DNA of 62,124 nucleotides from Flavobacteriales bacterium (lineage in GTDB: Bacteria > Bacteroidota > Bacteroidia > Flavobacteriales_F > PHOS-HE28). The stretch covers positions 1 to 62,124 of the forward strand of contig JAEUSW010000063.1 of the NCBI GenBank assembly GCA_016788285.1, read 5' to 3'. Under the pieces are notes generated by a model, which made no database searches, had not been told where the DNA came from, and worked only from the letters and a program-made list of their open reading frames with translations. Below are positions 1 through 9,159 of the stretch, one piece after another. The position numbers and the translations under genes are program-made. Position 1 is the first letter of the stretch; every line of letters begins with the position of its first letter.

Positions 1-668
1 TCCTTCCCGAGGCCGATGGTGGTGCGGGCGCTGTCGCGCATGCCCTTCGTGTTGAGGAACTCCGAGTAGCGGATCAGGGCGTTCTTCAGCAGCTTCTTCT
101 GGTCCTCCGGCAGCGAACCGGTGTCCGCGTTCAACGCTGCCTTGGCGTACTCCTTCATACTGAGGTCGCCCTCCTTCACCAGGTTGCTCTTGTACTGGCA
201 CAGGGCGAGCATGATCCAGGCCCCGGGGTTCTCCGGGTAGTAGCCCACCATGCCATCGAACAGCGACTTGGCCTTGCTGTAGCTGCCCTCCTCGTAGAAG
301 TTCTCGCCCTGCTCCATGCTCAGCTTGTTCAGCTCGGCCCAGTAGTCCTCGTAGTTGCCGAAGAACTCCTTGTTCTTGTCCTTCTTGCGGTACTTCTCGG
401 CCCACTTCACGGCGTCGCGCGCGGCCTTCGGATAGTCGGCCTGGTACTTCTCGATCTTGCTCATCTCGTACAGGCACATGCTCATGTAGAGGTAGGGCAA
501 GGGGTCCTTCTTGGTGTTGTCGTTCAGCGTATAGCCTTCGGCCTTGCCGAGGCACTTCTCGTAGCTCTCATCCACGTAGAGCACGAGCAGGTCCTCGTAC
601 ACGTGTTTCTGGGCGCTGGCGCCAAGGGTTCCGGCGGCGAAGAGGGCGGCGGCGATCAGGTGCTTCAT
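1..668 (-). CDS. hypothetical secreted protein (helical/TPR-like); C-terminal part cut by window edge
   Basis: rc ATG at 666-668 opens MKHLIAAALFAAGTLGASAQ (signal peptide) and the frame stays open to nt 1. It is absent from the ORF track only because no stop lies in the window. Confidence 0.6.
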   Translation of the reverse strand, partial: MKHLIAAALFAAGTLGASAQKHVYEDLLVLYVDESYEKCLGKAEGYTLNDNTKKDPLPYLYMSMCLYEMSKIEKYQADYPKAARDAVKWAEKYRKKDKNKEFFGNYEDYWAELNKLSMEQGENFYEEGSYSKAKSLFDGMVGYYPENPGAWIMLALCQYKSNLVKEGDLSMKEYAKAALNADTGSLPEDQKKLLKNALIRYSEFLNTKGMRDSARTTIGLGK

Positions 669-739
669 GCGGGTATGGTGCGTGTCGGGGGCAAGATCGA
701 TGCCGAAGATAGCCGGATCGGCCGGAGCGGTCCACCGGC

Positions 740-1504
740 TCAGGCGATGCCCCGTGCCCCGCGGATGCGCTCCCAGGCCTCCTGCACCTTCTTGAACTTC
801 TCGGCGGCGGCGCGCTGCACCTCTTCGCCCATGGTGCCCACCTTGTCCGGGTGATGCTTCATGGCCATGCGCCGGTAGGCCTTCTTCACCTCGTCGTCAC
901 TGGCCGCGGGATCCACCTCCAGGATGCGGTAGGCATGGCCCAGGTCGCTGCGGCCGAACATGGCGCTGATGCTCTCCAGGTCCTTGTCGCTCACGTTCAG
1001 CAGGTGGGCGATGCGGCGGATGAGGTCCACCTCGGCCCGGCTCACCGCCCCGTCGGCATGGGCCAGGCCCACCAGGTAGTGGATCAGCTGGAGCCGCGCG
1101 GCATGCGGCATGTGACGGCGCACCTGGTCGCAGACACCGGGCAGGTCGATGTGCTGCTTGAGCACCTCGCGCAGCACCAGCAGGAGCTGCTGGGCCTGGG
1201 GCTCACCGAAGTGCTTGCGGAAGAAGGCCCGCGCCAGATCGAGCTCGGCCCGTGTGACGCGGCCGTCCACCTTCATGAGGGCGGCGGTGAGCACCACCAG
1301 GCTCAGCGCCAGGTCGCCCTGCGTGGTGGCACCGGCCCGCTCGCGCTGCTGGTGCACGCGGGGCCGTCCGGGTTCAGGCGCCGGGGGCGCATCGCCGCCC
1401 CGCATGCCGTCCACCAGCGCGCCCACCGCGAAGCCCACGAGCCCGCCGATGGGACCTCCGAAGGCCCAGCCCAGTCCGCCCGCGATCCACTTGGAGTAGC
1501 TCAT
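740..1504 (-). CDS. membrane TerB-domain / C-terminal J-domain co-chaperone (DjlA-like)
   Basis: Gly-rich N-terminal TM helix, TerB-like core (VDGRVTRAELD, ADGAVSRAEVD) and a C-terminal J domain with KKAYRRMAMKHHPDK. Confidence 0.85.
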   Translation of the reverse strand: MSYSKWIAGGLGWAFGGPIGGLVGFAVGALVDGMRGGDAPPAPEPGRPRVHQQRERAGATTQGDLALSLVVLTAALMKVDGRVTRAELDLARAFFRKHFGEPQAQQLLLVLREVLKQHIDLPGVCDQVRRHMPHAARLQLIHYLVGLAHADGAVSRAEVDLIRRIAHLLNVSDKDLESISAMFGRSDLGHAYRILEVDPAASDDEVKKAYRRMAMKHHPDKVGTMGEEVQRAAAEKFKKVQEAWERIRGARGIA

Positions 1505-1507
1505 GGT

Positions 1508-2314
1508 TCACCAGCTGCCGCCCGCACCGCCACCGCCGAAACCGCCGCCACCGAACCCACCGAAACCACCGCCACCACCCCGCCAGCCGCCGCCGCCGGT
1601 GAAGCCGCCCCAGCGTCCGCTGTGCCGCCTGCTCGCCTGGTTCATCAACCACAGCGCCGTCCAGAAGTCCACGTCGTTGGTGCGCGCATAGCGCTTCACG
1701 CCGCTGCGCAGCCCCATGACGATCACCAGGATCACCAGGGCCAGCACCACGAACACGGGCCAGGGCACCTTGCGCGTGTCGTAGCTCGTGTGGTCGAACT
1801 CGCCCTTGGCCAGGCCCATGAGCACATCGGTGGCCTTGTCCAGCCCCGCGTAGTACTCGCCCTGCTTGAAGCGGGGGATCAGCTCGTTGTCCACGATGCG
1901 CTTGCAGGTGAGGTCGGGGATGGCGCCTTCGAGCCCGTAGCCGGTGGCGATGAAGACCTTGCGCTGCCCGGGCGGTCCGGTGGGCTTGATCAGCACCACC
2001 ACGCCATTGTCGAAGCCCTTGGCCCCGATACCCCACGACTCGCCGATGGCGAAGGCATAGTCGCTCTCCGGGTAGCCGCAGAGCGTGTCCACCACCAGCA
2101 CGAGGATCCGGTTGCTGGTCTCCTGGGCGAAGCGCGTGAGCTTGCGGTCCAGCCGCTCCTCCTCCCCTTCGCTCAGCAAGGGCGCCAGCTGGAACACGAG
2201 CCGGTCCTGCTCAGCGCGGGGCGGGGCCTTGGGCAGGCAGGGGTCGTCCTGCGCGCCGAGGGGGAGCAGCGCCGCGCACAGGGCCGGGGCGAAGAGCAGC
2301 GCACGAAGCCTCAT
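1508..2314 (-). CDS. TPM-domain protein, YgcG-like (signal peptide, C-terminal TM, Gly-rich tail)
   Basis: The internal ATG at 2314 gives MRLRALLFAPALCAALLPLGAQ and overlaps the upstream stop by 4 nt. TPM core GYGLEGAIPD; tail GGGGWRGGGGGFGGFGGGGFGGGG. Confidence 0.85.
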   Translation of the reverse strand: MRLRALLFAPALCAALLPLGAQDDPCLPKAPPRAEQDRLVFQLAPLLSEGEEERLDRKLTRFAQETSNRILVLVVDTLCGYPESDYAFAIGESWGIGAKGFDNGVVVLIKPTGPPGQRKVFIATGYGLEGAIPDLTCKRIVDNELIPRFKQGEYYAGLDKATDVLMGLAKGEFDHTSYDTRKVPWPVFVVLALVILVIVMGLRSGVKRYARTNDVDFWTALWLMNQASRRHSGRWGGFTGGGGWRGGGGGFGGFGGGGFGGGGAGGSW

Positions 2315-2778
2315 CCGATGCTGATGTCGTCGGACAGTTCGTTGCGGTCGTCGGTGCGGCGGGGGAAATGGGCGCGCAGCTTTTCGCCCACCATCCGGGC
2401 CGCCTCGCACAGGCCCTCCGCCTGGCGGCCGGCGGCGAAGTGCAGGCGCAGCACGCCCAGCACATCGTTCCAGAAATTGGTCGGCACCACCGCATGGATG
2501 CCGGCGTCGCCGATCACCGCCAGCCGGTGGTCGCCCACGCTCACGTAGATGAGCACACCGTTGCGCGCGGCCGTGCGGTGCATGCCCAGCTCATCGAAGA
2601 TGAAGGCGGCATGGTCCAGCACATCCTCCTCGCAGCGGTCCTCCAGGTGCACGCGCAGCTCGCCGCTGGTGGCGCGCTCGGCCTCCGCGATGGCGGCCCG
2701 CACCCGGTCGCGCTCCTCGGGGGTGAGGAAGCGCTCGGCGAGCAGTTCGTCATCAGCGACCGGTGCGGTGCGGCTCAC
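2311..2778 (-). CDS. TPM-domain protein (no signal peptide)
   Basis: 155-aa ORF with a TPM/DUF477-like core (GVLIYVSVGDHRLAVIGDAGI). 4-nt overlaps with both neighbours. Confidence 0.8.
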   Translation of the reverse strand: MSRTAPVADDELLAERFLTPEERDRVRAAIAEAERATSGELRVHLEDRCEEDVLDHAAFIFDELGMHRTAARNGVLIYVSVGDHRLAVIGDAGIHAVVPTNFWNDVLGVLRLHFAAGRQAEGLCEAARMVGEKLRAHFPRRTDDRNELSDDISIG

Positions 2779-3362
2779 TTGAAGGAGATGTCAGGCGCGT
2801 TCTCGGTGCCTTCCTGGGCCTCGAAGTAGCCCTTGGCGCTGAAGCCGAACAGGCCGGCCAGCAGGTTGCCCGGGAAGCGCTTGATGCGCGTGTTGAAGTT
2901 GCGCGCCGCGTCGTTGTACTTGCGGCGCTCCACACCGATGCGGTTCTCCATGCCCTCGTACTGGGCCTGGAAGTCGCGGAAGGCGGCCGTGGTCTGCAGG
3001 TTCGGGTATTGTTCCACCGTGGCCATCAGGCGCGAGAGCGCCCCGGTGAACTGGCCCTGGGCCTGCTCGAAGGCCTTGATGTTCTCCGGCGTCAGGTTGT
3101 CGCCGTCGAGCGTGATGCTCGTGGCCTTGGCCCGGGCCTCCACCACCTCGCGCAGGGTCTTGTTCTCGAACTCGGCCGATCCCTTGATGATCTCCACGAT
3201 GTTCTTGGTCTTGTCCGCGCGCAGCTGGTAGGCGTTCTCCACGTTGCTCCACTGCTTGGTGACGTCCTCGTTGAGGCCCACCGTGCCGTTGTAGAAGCCC
3301 ATGGCCCACAGGGCGATGAGCACGATGGCGCCGAGGCCGATGAGGAGGGGAAGGCGTTTCAT
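2775..3362 (-). CDS. lemA: LemA family protein
   Basis: 195 aa with an N-terminal TM helix and typical LemA blocks (NAYQLRADKTKNIVE, RRKYNDAARNFNTRIKRFPGNL). Confidence 0.9.
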   Translation of the reverse strand: MKRLPLLIGLGAIVLIALWAMGFYNGTVGLNEDVTKQWSNVENAYQLRADKTKNIVEIIKGSAEFENKTLREVVEARAKATSITLDGDNLTPENIKAFEQAQGQFTGALSRLMATVEQYPNLQTTAAFRDFQAQYEGMENRIGVERRKYNDAARNFNTRIKRFPGNLLAGLFGFSAKGYFEAQEGTENAPDISFK

Positions 3363-3382
3363 GGTCGGTTCTGGATGTGCGG

Positions 3383-3390
3383 CAAAGATG
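3383..3390 (-). promoter_or_regulatory. putative Bacteroidetes -7 box (CATCTTTG), 20 nt upstream of the lemA ATG
   Basis: The rc of caaagatg matches nAnnTTTG and sits upstream of the first gene of the operon. Confidence 0.35.
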
Positions 3391-3453
3391 GCACGGCGCC
3401 CACGACCGGGCCGCCCGGCTCGGGCGACCGGTCCTCCCTGTGGATGAACGGAC

Positions 3454-4392
3454 CTAGTCCTTGAAGATCGCCGTCACCGGCGTGCCGTCCGCCGCCAGGT
3501 GGCCGCGGTACATGCCCGTGCAGTTGAAGTCGAGCACCACCCGCCCCGTGCGGTCCACCGCGATCAGCCCGCCATCGCCGTCCAGCGGGGGCAGCTTCTC
3601 GTGCACCACCACGCGCACCGCCTCGGCCAGCGACAGGCCCTTGTAGGCCATCAGCGCATGCACGTCGTGGGCCGCCACGGCGCGGATGAAGCTCTCGCCA
3701 TGGCCCGTGCAGCTCACCGCGCAGGTGGCGTCGTTGGCGTAGGTGCCCGCGCCGATCAGCGGGCTGTCGCCGATGCGCATCCAGCGTTTGTTGGTCATGC
3801 CGCCGGTGCTGGTGGCCGCGGCCAGATGGCCGTGCACGTCCAGGGCCACGGCGCCCACGGTGCCGTACTTGTGCTCGCCGTCGCTGTGGTCCAGCTGGTA
3901 GGTGTCGGTGCCCTTGGTGCGCTGCCACTGGTCGTAGCGGAACTGGTCGAAGAAGTACTGGTCGTCCTCCAGCAGGATCTTCTCGCGGTGGGCGAACTCG
4001 AAGGCGCCCAGCCCGCTGAGGAGCACGTGGGGGCTCTTCTCCATCACGCGGCGGGCCAGGGTGACGGGGTTGCGCACGTTCTGCACGGAGGCCACGGCGC
4101 CGGCCTGCAGGGTGTCGCCGCGCATCACCGAGGCATCCATCTCGTGCTGGCCGTCGGCGTTGAAGACGGCGCCGCGTCCCGCGTTGAAGTGCGGGCAGTC
4201 CTCCAGGCTGCGCACGGCGGCCTCCACCGCATCGAGGGCCTGACCGCCCTCGCGGAGCACCGTACCGCCCATGCGCAGGGCGTGCTCCAGCCCGTCGCGG
4301 TAGGCCTTCTCGCGGGCGGGGTTCATCTCGGAGCGGGCGATGGTGCCGGCGCCGCCGTGGATGGCGAGCGCGAAGCGGGGGGCGTCGGACAT
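3454..4392 (-). CDS. iaaA: isoaspartyl peptidase / L-asparaginase (Ntn hydrolase)
   Basis: The internal ATG at 4392 gives MSDAPRFALAIHGGAGT. Motifs HFNAGRGAVFN and GTVGAVALD; the rest of the 546-aa track ORF is upstream read-through. Confidence 0.9.
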   Translation of the reverse strand: MSDAPRFALAIHGGAGTIARSEMNPAREKAYRDGLEHALRMGGTVLREGGQALDAVEAAVRSLEDCPHFNAGRGAVFNADGQHEMDASVMRGDTLQAGAVASVQNVRNPVTLARRVMEKSPHVLLSGLGAFEFAHREKILLEDDQYFFDQFRYDQWQRTKGTDTYQLDHSDGEHKYGTVGAVALDVHGHLAAATSTGGMTNKRWMRIGDSPLIGAGTYANDATCAVSCTGHGESFIRAVAAHDVHALMAYKGLSLAEAVRVVVHEKLPPLDGDGGLIAVDRTGRVVLDFNCTGMYRGHLAADGTPVTAIFKD

Positions 4393-4394
4393 GG

Positions 4395-5153
4395 TCAGGG
4401 CAGGTTCTCGGGGCGGTGAAAGTAGGGGACCGCCCAACCCACCACGGCCCCGGCCAGGCAACCTGCCAACACGTCCGTGGGGAAATGCTTCCCGGCCCGC
4501 ACCCGCAGCCAGCCCATGACCACCGGCACCGCCACGGCGCCCGCCCAGGTGGCCGTGCGCACCGCGGGGTCCACGTCGGCGCGGTCCACCAGCATGGCCG
4601 CGCTCACCGTCAGCGCCGCCGTGTTGGCCGCGTGGCCGCTCCAGAACGAGCGGTAGGCATCGCGCTCGCGCCGCTCGTGCATCGGGGCGTCCGGGTTGAA
4701 GACCAGCGGCCGCGGTCGGCGGGTGACGGCCTTCACCACGCCGGTGAGTCCGGCGGACAGCAGGAAGCTCTCGCCCACCAGGGCCATGGGCACGCCGGGC
4801 CGGTCGTCGGCATACGCCAGCGCCGGGCCCACCGCGCTCAGCACCAGGGCCGACAGGAAGAGGGCATTGCTGGCCCGGTGCGCCGGCGGCGACCAGCGGA
4901 AGGCCGCCGCACGGTCGAAGCCGGGCAGCGTGGCGCGGTCGCGCCCCCCGTGGCGGGCCCACAGCCCGGCCGTGTCGGTGGGCAGCAGCAGGGCCGTGCC
5001 GTTCAGCACCAGGCCGGCGCCCACGAAGGCCGCTTCGCGACCGGGGTCGAGCGTGTGCACCCGCTGGGCCTGCGCGGCCTGCGGCGGCGCCCACAGCACG
5101 GCCGCCAACAGCACGGCCCGGAGCATCGCCCCGGGCCGCACGTTCAGGTTCAT
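4395..5153 (-). CDS. PAP2-family phosphatase (membrane)
   Basis: Start moved to MNLNVRPGAMLRAVLLAAVLWAPPQAAQA. PAP2 motifs SFWSGHAANTA and KHFPTDVLAG. Confidence 0.8.
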   Translation of the reverse strand: MNLNVRPGAMLRAVLLAAVLWAPPQAAQAQRVHTLDPGREAAFVGAGLVLNGTALLLPTDTAGLWARHGGRDRATLPGFDRAAAFRWSPPAHRASNALFLSALVLSAVGPALAYADDRPGVPMALVGESFLLSAGLTGVVKAVTRRPRPLVFNPDAPMHERRERDAYRSFWSGHAANTAALTVSAAMLVDRADVDPAVRTATWAGAVAVPVVMGWLRVRAGKHFPTDVLAGCLAGAVVGWAVPYFHRPENLP

Positions 5154-5160
5154 GCGCGGT

Positions 5161-5658
5161 TCAGTCACCGATGAGCACACCGTCCGCCAGGAAGGTGTAG
5201 GCGATCTTGGGTTCGGTGATCTTCTCGATCTCCTCCTTGCTCTTGCCGGCATCCTCCAGATAGTGGCGCTGGGTGGCCACGTCGATCACCTCCTTGCTCG
5301 CCACGCCTTGCAGGATGGCGCGCTTGCCGGTGAGGCCCTCGGTGGGCACGAAGAAGCCGTAGTCCACGAAGCGCACCTTCATCACCTCGCCGTTGGGCAG
5401 GGCCACGTCCATCCAGCAGCCCTTCTTGGCGCAGCTGGTGAGCACCTCCACGGCCACCTTGGCGGTCACGCTCTCGCTGCTCTTCATGCGGTCGAGCAGG
5501 TCGTGCGCGCCGATGGCGCCGTCGGGGGTGATGGCCTTGCCGTAGCTCTCCATGGGCACGGGGGCGCCGGAGGCGTTGCGGGCGGGGGTCTGGGCGTGGG
5601 CGGTGGCCGCGCCCAGCATCAGGGCGGCGGCGAGGCTCAGGGTGTACAGGTTCTTCAT
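5161..5658 (-). CDS. DUF4920-like secreted protein
   Basis: Start at MKNLYTLSLAAALMLGAATAHAQ. Conserved SCAKKGCWMDV and FFVP blocks. Confidence 0.75.
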   Translation of the reverse strand: MKNLYTLSLAAALMLGAATAHAQTPARNASGAPVPMESYGKAITPDGAIGAHDLLDRMKSSESVTAKVAVEVLTSCAKKGCWMDVALPNGEVMKVRFVDYGFFVPTEGLTGKRAILQGVASKEVIDVATQRHYLEDAGKSKEEIEKITEPKIAYTFLADGVLIGD

Positions 5659-5875
5659 GGCGTGCGCCGATGGCCCGGCGCGGGCGGTTTTGGGCGTTTG
5701 GTGTAAAGATCGGGTTCTTTCCGGTGCGGCAAGCTGCCATCCGTCAGGTGGATGACGGCACCGGCCGGCGCGGCGGCGTCCGGCAAGGGTCGTGCCACGC
5801 CCATCAACAGCGGCGCATGGGAACTTCCCACGGGCCGCGCCCGCCACCCGCCGCCGGATGGGCCACCTTCGCGCC

Positions 5876-6295
5876 ATGGCCCACCGCCCCCCGGTGCTCA
5901 TCGGCCGGCTGGAGCACATCGCCCTGCCCGGCCTGGGCATCGCCCGCGTGCAGGCCAAGATCGACACCGGCGCCTACCGCAGCGCCCTGCATTACCAGCG
6001 CGTCCGCAAGCGTGAGGTGGACGGCGTGCCCCTGCTCGCCGTCACCTTTCAGATGGGCGGCCGCCGCCGCACCAAGCTCTTCAAACGCTTCAAGCGGGTG
6101 ACGGTGAAGAGCAGCACCGGGCAGACCACCCGCCGCTACCTCATCAGCACCCGCGTGCGCCTCAACGGCCACACGGTGCGCACCCAGTTCACCCTGTTCG
6201 ACCGCAGCGACATGAAGCACCAGGTGCTGCTGGGCCGCAAGTTCCTGCGCGGCCGCTTCGTGGTGGACGTGTCGCGCAAGGACGTCCTGGGCTGA
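5876..6295 (+). CDS. RimB-like retropepsin-type / 'ATP-dependent zinc protease' family protein (DUF785)
   Basis: LPGLGIARVQAKIDTGAYRSALH and MKHQVLLGRKFLRGRFVVDV match the RimK-associated protease family. An ATG at 5858 is an alternative start. Confidence 0.75.
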   Translation: MAHRPPVLIGRLEHIALPGLGIARVQAKIDTGAYRSALHYQRVRKREVDGVPLLAVTFQMGGRRRTKLFKRFKRVTVKSSTGQTTRRYLISTRVRLNGHTVRTQFTLFDRSDMKHQVLLGRKFLRGRFVVDVSRKDVLG

Positions 6296-8020
6296 TCACC
6301 CCTCCTCCTCCGCACCGGCCTCACCGCGCAGGGCCCGCTTCTCCGCCGGGGTGGGCGCCTGCACCCAGTCCTCGGCATAGGGCACCAGCCCCGGCCCGGT
6401 GCGCACGCGCTCCACGTCAAGGCCCTTGTCCAGGTAGTCGCGCCAGGTGGCGAAGGCGGCATGGCGGCGGTCCTTCAGCACGATCAGGGCGGTGTTCACG
6501 CCCGACTTCACGGCGATGGGCACCCCGCCGCCAAGGTCGGCCCAGTGACCGCCCAGCAGCAGGCCCGGCACCGGGGTGCGGTAGTGCGCGATGCCGGCCT
6601 TGAAGTTCTCCTTGCCGGGCTTGGCGCCCATCATGCTGCCGTTGCGGTTGCCGGTGTAGCGCCAGTGGGTGATGGGCGTGGCCACGTCGCAGTACACGAT
6701 GTGGCTGCGCAGCCCCGGCGCCAGCGCCCGCTCCACGCGGTCGATCAGCGCGTCGGCCACTTGCTGCTTCAGCCGTTCGTAGGCCTCGCCCCGCACGATG
6801 TCGCCCGAGGCGTCGCGCTCGGTGGCCCAGGTGCCGTGGTCGGTGAAGAGGGCGGGGATGTAGAGCGTGAGGGTGCCCATGCCCGGCGGCGCCATGCTCT
6901 TGTCGCGCAGGCTGGGCGCCAGGATGCTGATGCCGCTCTGCGCGGGGTCCGTGCCACCGTGCGCATCGCGCGGCACATCGTCGCGGTGCAGGTAGATGAG
7001 CTCCTCGTTGAAGCCCAGCGCCTCGGCGGGCACGTCCAGGCCGAGCGACACGGTGACCGAACTGCTGTAGAGCACCGCCTCGCGCAGCCTGGCCTTCAGC
7101 TTCTCCGGCACCGCGTCGGGCGGCAGCATGCGCTCGTATAGCGTCTCCACATCGCAGGCCGCGATCACCTGCGGGGCGCGCAGGGTGAAGGGGGTGCCGC
7201 GCTGTTCGCCTTCCACGCCCACGCAGCGGCCATGCTCCAGCAGGATGCGGGTGACGCGGCAGCGGTAGTGGAGCTCGCCGCCCAGGCGCGTCACCACGTG
7301 GGACAGCCATTCGGGGAAGACCTGGCTGCCGCCCTTGGGCGGGCTCTGGTAGTCGCCGAAGTAGGCCCAACCGATGGGCACCAGGCAGGCCAGCAGTTCC
7401 TGTTCACTGCTGAACAGCTTGTGCAGACCGGGGTCGGTGAAGTAGCGGTCCAGGCCCTTCTTCACGCCGGCATCGCCCTGGTAGCCCAGGTGCTTGATGA
7501 AGGGCAGTGCGAAGCGCAGGCGGCGCAGCATGTGGCCCACGCGCTCCACCGGGCCCATGGTCTCCTGCGCGCGGATGAGGCCGCTGCTGCGGTCGAAGGA
7601 CCGGCCCAGCTTCCAGGCGTCGCGGAAGAAGCGCTCGATGCCGGCACGCTCATGCGGGAACCGGCGGATGAGCTCGGCCTTCAGGTCGTCCGGCCGGTCG
7701 GTGAGCAGAAGGTCCACCGAAGGGCTCTTCCACCGGCGGATCCGCCGCTGCGGCCGGGCCACGGGGTGGTCGCGACCGATGAGGTCGAACACCCGGGTGA
7801 CGTAGCCGCGAGGGCCGCACTGGTTCAGCCAGTGGATGGCGCTGTCGAAGCGGAAGTCCTTGCGGCGGAACCCGGCGAGGTAGCCCCCGGGGCGGGCGTC
7901 CATCTCCAGCACGCACACCTTCAGCCCCGCCCGCGCCAGGATGGCCGCCGCCGTGAGGCCGCTGATGCCCGCGCCGATCACCAGCGTGTCGAACTCGCCC
8001 GTGGGTGGCCGATGCCGCAT
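6296..8020 (-). CDS. NAD(P)/FAD-dependent oxidoreductase, phytoene desaturase (CrtI/RetSat-like) family
   Basis: N-terminal dinucleotide fold FDTLVIGAGISGLTAAAILARAGLKVCVLE; 574 aa. Confidence 0.85.
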   Translation of the reverse strand: MRHRPPTGEFDTLVIGAGISGLTAAAILARAGLKVCVLEMDARPGGYLAGFRRKDFRFDSAIHWLNQCGPRGYVTRVFDLIGRDHPVARPQRRIRRWKSPSVDLLLTDRPDDLKAELIRRFPHERAGIERFFRDAWKLGRSFDRSSGLIRAQETMGPVERVGHMLRRLRFALPFIKHLGYQGDAGVKKGLDRYFTDPGLHKLFSSEQELLACLVPIGWAYFGDYQSPPKGGSQVFPEWLSHVVTRLGGELHYRCRVTRILLEHGRCVGVEGEQRGTPFTLRAPQVIAACDVETLYERMLPPDAVPEKLKARLREAVLYSSSVTVSLGLDVPAEALGFNEELIYLHRDDVPRDAHGGTDPAQSGISILAPSLRDKSMAPPGMGTLTLYIPALFTDHGTWATERDASGDIVRGEAYERLKQQVADALIDRVERALAPGLRSHIVYCDVATPITHWRYTGNRNGSMMGAKPGKENFKAGIAHYRTPVPGLLLGGHWADLGGGVPIAVKSGVNTALIVLKDRRHAAFATWRDYLDKGLDVERVRTGPGLVPYAEDWVQAPTPAEKRALRGEAGAEEEG

Positions 8021-8024
8021 GCCG

Positions 8025-9122
8025 TCACTGCGTGTACACCCGCCCCTTCCACCAGATGCGCACGGCGTTCAGCGGCATGGTCACCGTGAGGAGGCCGCGC
8101 TGCAGGGAGAAGCCCGTGGCCGTGCGCTCGCGCAGCGCCACCTCGCCCCGGCCCTTGCGCCACACGCGTACCGTGCCGTCCACCGCGGTGTAGGCCAGCA
8201 TGCCCCAGCTGGCGTCCCAGCGCTCGGGCCAGTAGCGCTCCACCTCGTGCACACGCCCGGCCTGGAACACCTTCAGCATGTCCTGGTCGCGGAACACCAC
8301 CAGGCTGTCGCGCACGTGGAACTCGGTGGGCGCGAAATCGGTGGCCGTGTAGATCTGCCCGTCCTCCAGCACCTTCAGCGCACCCGTGCGGTCCAGCCAG
8401 GCGCCGATGCCCTTGCCCACCGCGTAGCGCTGCGGGGCGATGGGCTCCAGGTCGTAGAAGTTGCCCTTGTGGAAGGCCTTCAGGCCATTGCCCTGCGGAT
8501 CGAGGTAGAGCACCAGGTCCGCGCCCGCCTGGAAGTCGATGCCCGCGTCGTACACATCGGCCGCATCGTACACCACGCCCCGGTGGAAGATGCGGAAGCG
8601 CCGCTCGATGGTGCTCACCCAGGCCAGCAGGTTGTCCCCGCTCTTCCAGTCCTGCACCGCGCCGATGGCCAGCCCGTCCGCCAGCACCTCGTCGCGCCCG
8701 TTGTACCAGATGTGTATGGTGCGCTGCGCCTCGTCCACCCACGCCGCCAGGCTGTCCTCCACCACGTAGAGGCCCGTGTTCACACACACCGTTCGCAGCT
8801 CCTTGCCGTCGTGCAGCTTCAGCGCGGTGGCCAGCTTCACGCCGAGCAGGTGGTCGGTGACGGTGATCTGCGCGCCGGTGCTCCGGTCGAGGGTGGTGGT
8901 GCGGCCGTTGGCGTGCCGCTTCAGGTCGCCGATGGCGTTGAGGTAGGACACGTAGTTGCCGCCCACCTGGAAGGCGGCCGGGCGCACCCCCTCCACCACC
9001 GAGAAGGTGCCCTTGTCGAAGACCACCAGCCGGTCGCGGTAGTCGAGGAAGGCGGTGACGTCCTGCGCGGCCAGGGGGGTGGTGGCCGCGACGAGCAGGG
9101 CAAGGAGGGAACGGCGCATCAT
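8025..9122 (-). CDS. hypothetical secreted protein with internal beta-propeller-like repeats
   Basis: Start moved to MMRRSLLALLVAATTPLAAQ. Recurrent [LV][KR][VAI][FWL]..G motif (LKAFHKG, LKVLEDG, LKVFQAG, VRVWRKG, VRIWWKG). Confidence 0.7.
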   Translation of the reverse strand: MMRRSLLALLVAATTPLAAQDVTAFLDYRDRLVVFDKGTFSVVEGVRPAAFQVGGNYVSYLNAIGDLKRHANGRTTTLDRSTGAQITVTDHLLGVKLATALKLHDGKELRTVCVNTGLYVVEDSLAAWVDEAQRTIHIWYNGRDEVLADGLAIGAVQDWKSGDNLLAWVSTIERRFRIFHRGVVYDAADVYDAGIDFQAGADLVLYLDPQGNGLKAFHKGNFYDLEPIAPQRYAVGKGIGAWLDRTGALKVLEDGQIYTATDFAPTEFHVRDSLVVFRDQDMLKVFQAGRVHEVERYWPERWDASWGMLAYTAVDGTVRVWRKGRGEVALRERTATGFSLQRGLLTVTMPLNAVRIWWKGRVYTQ

Positions 9123-9159
9123 CCGCGAGTGTACGGCGATCGGCGGTGGTTCGGGAGGG

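Noticed and set aside
740-1504. A tellurite-resistance cluster (TerB domain here, TerC at 14212-14970).
   Set aside because: The two genes are 13 kb apart, in different operons, and there is no terD, terE, terZ or terA. The TerB domain here is part of a DjlA-like J protein.
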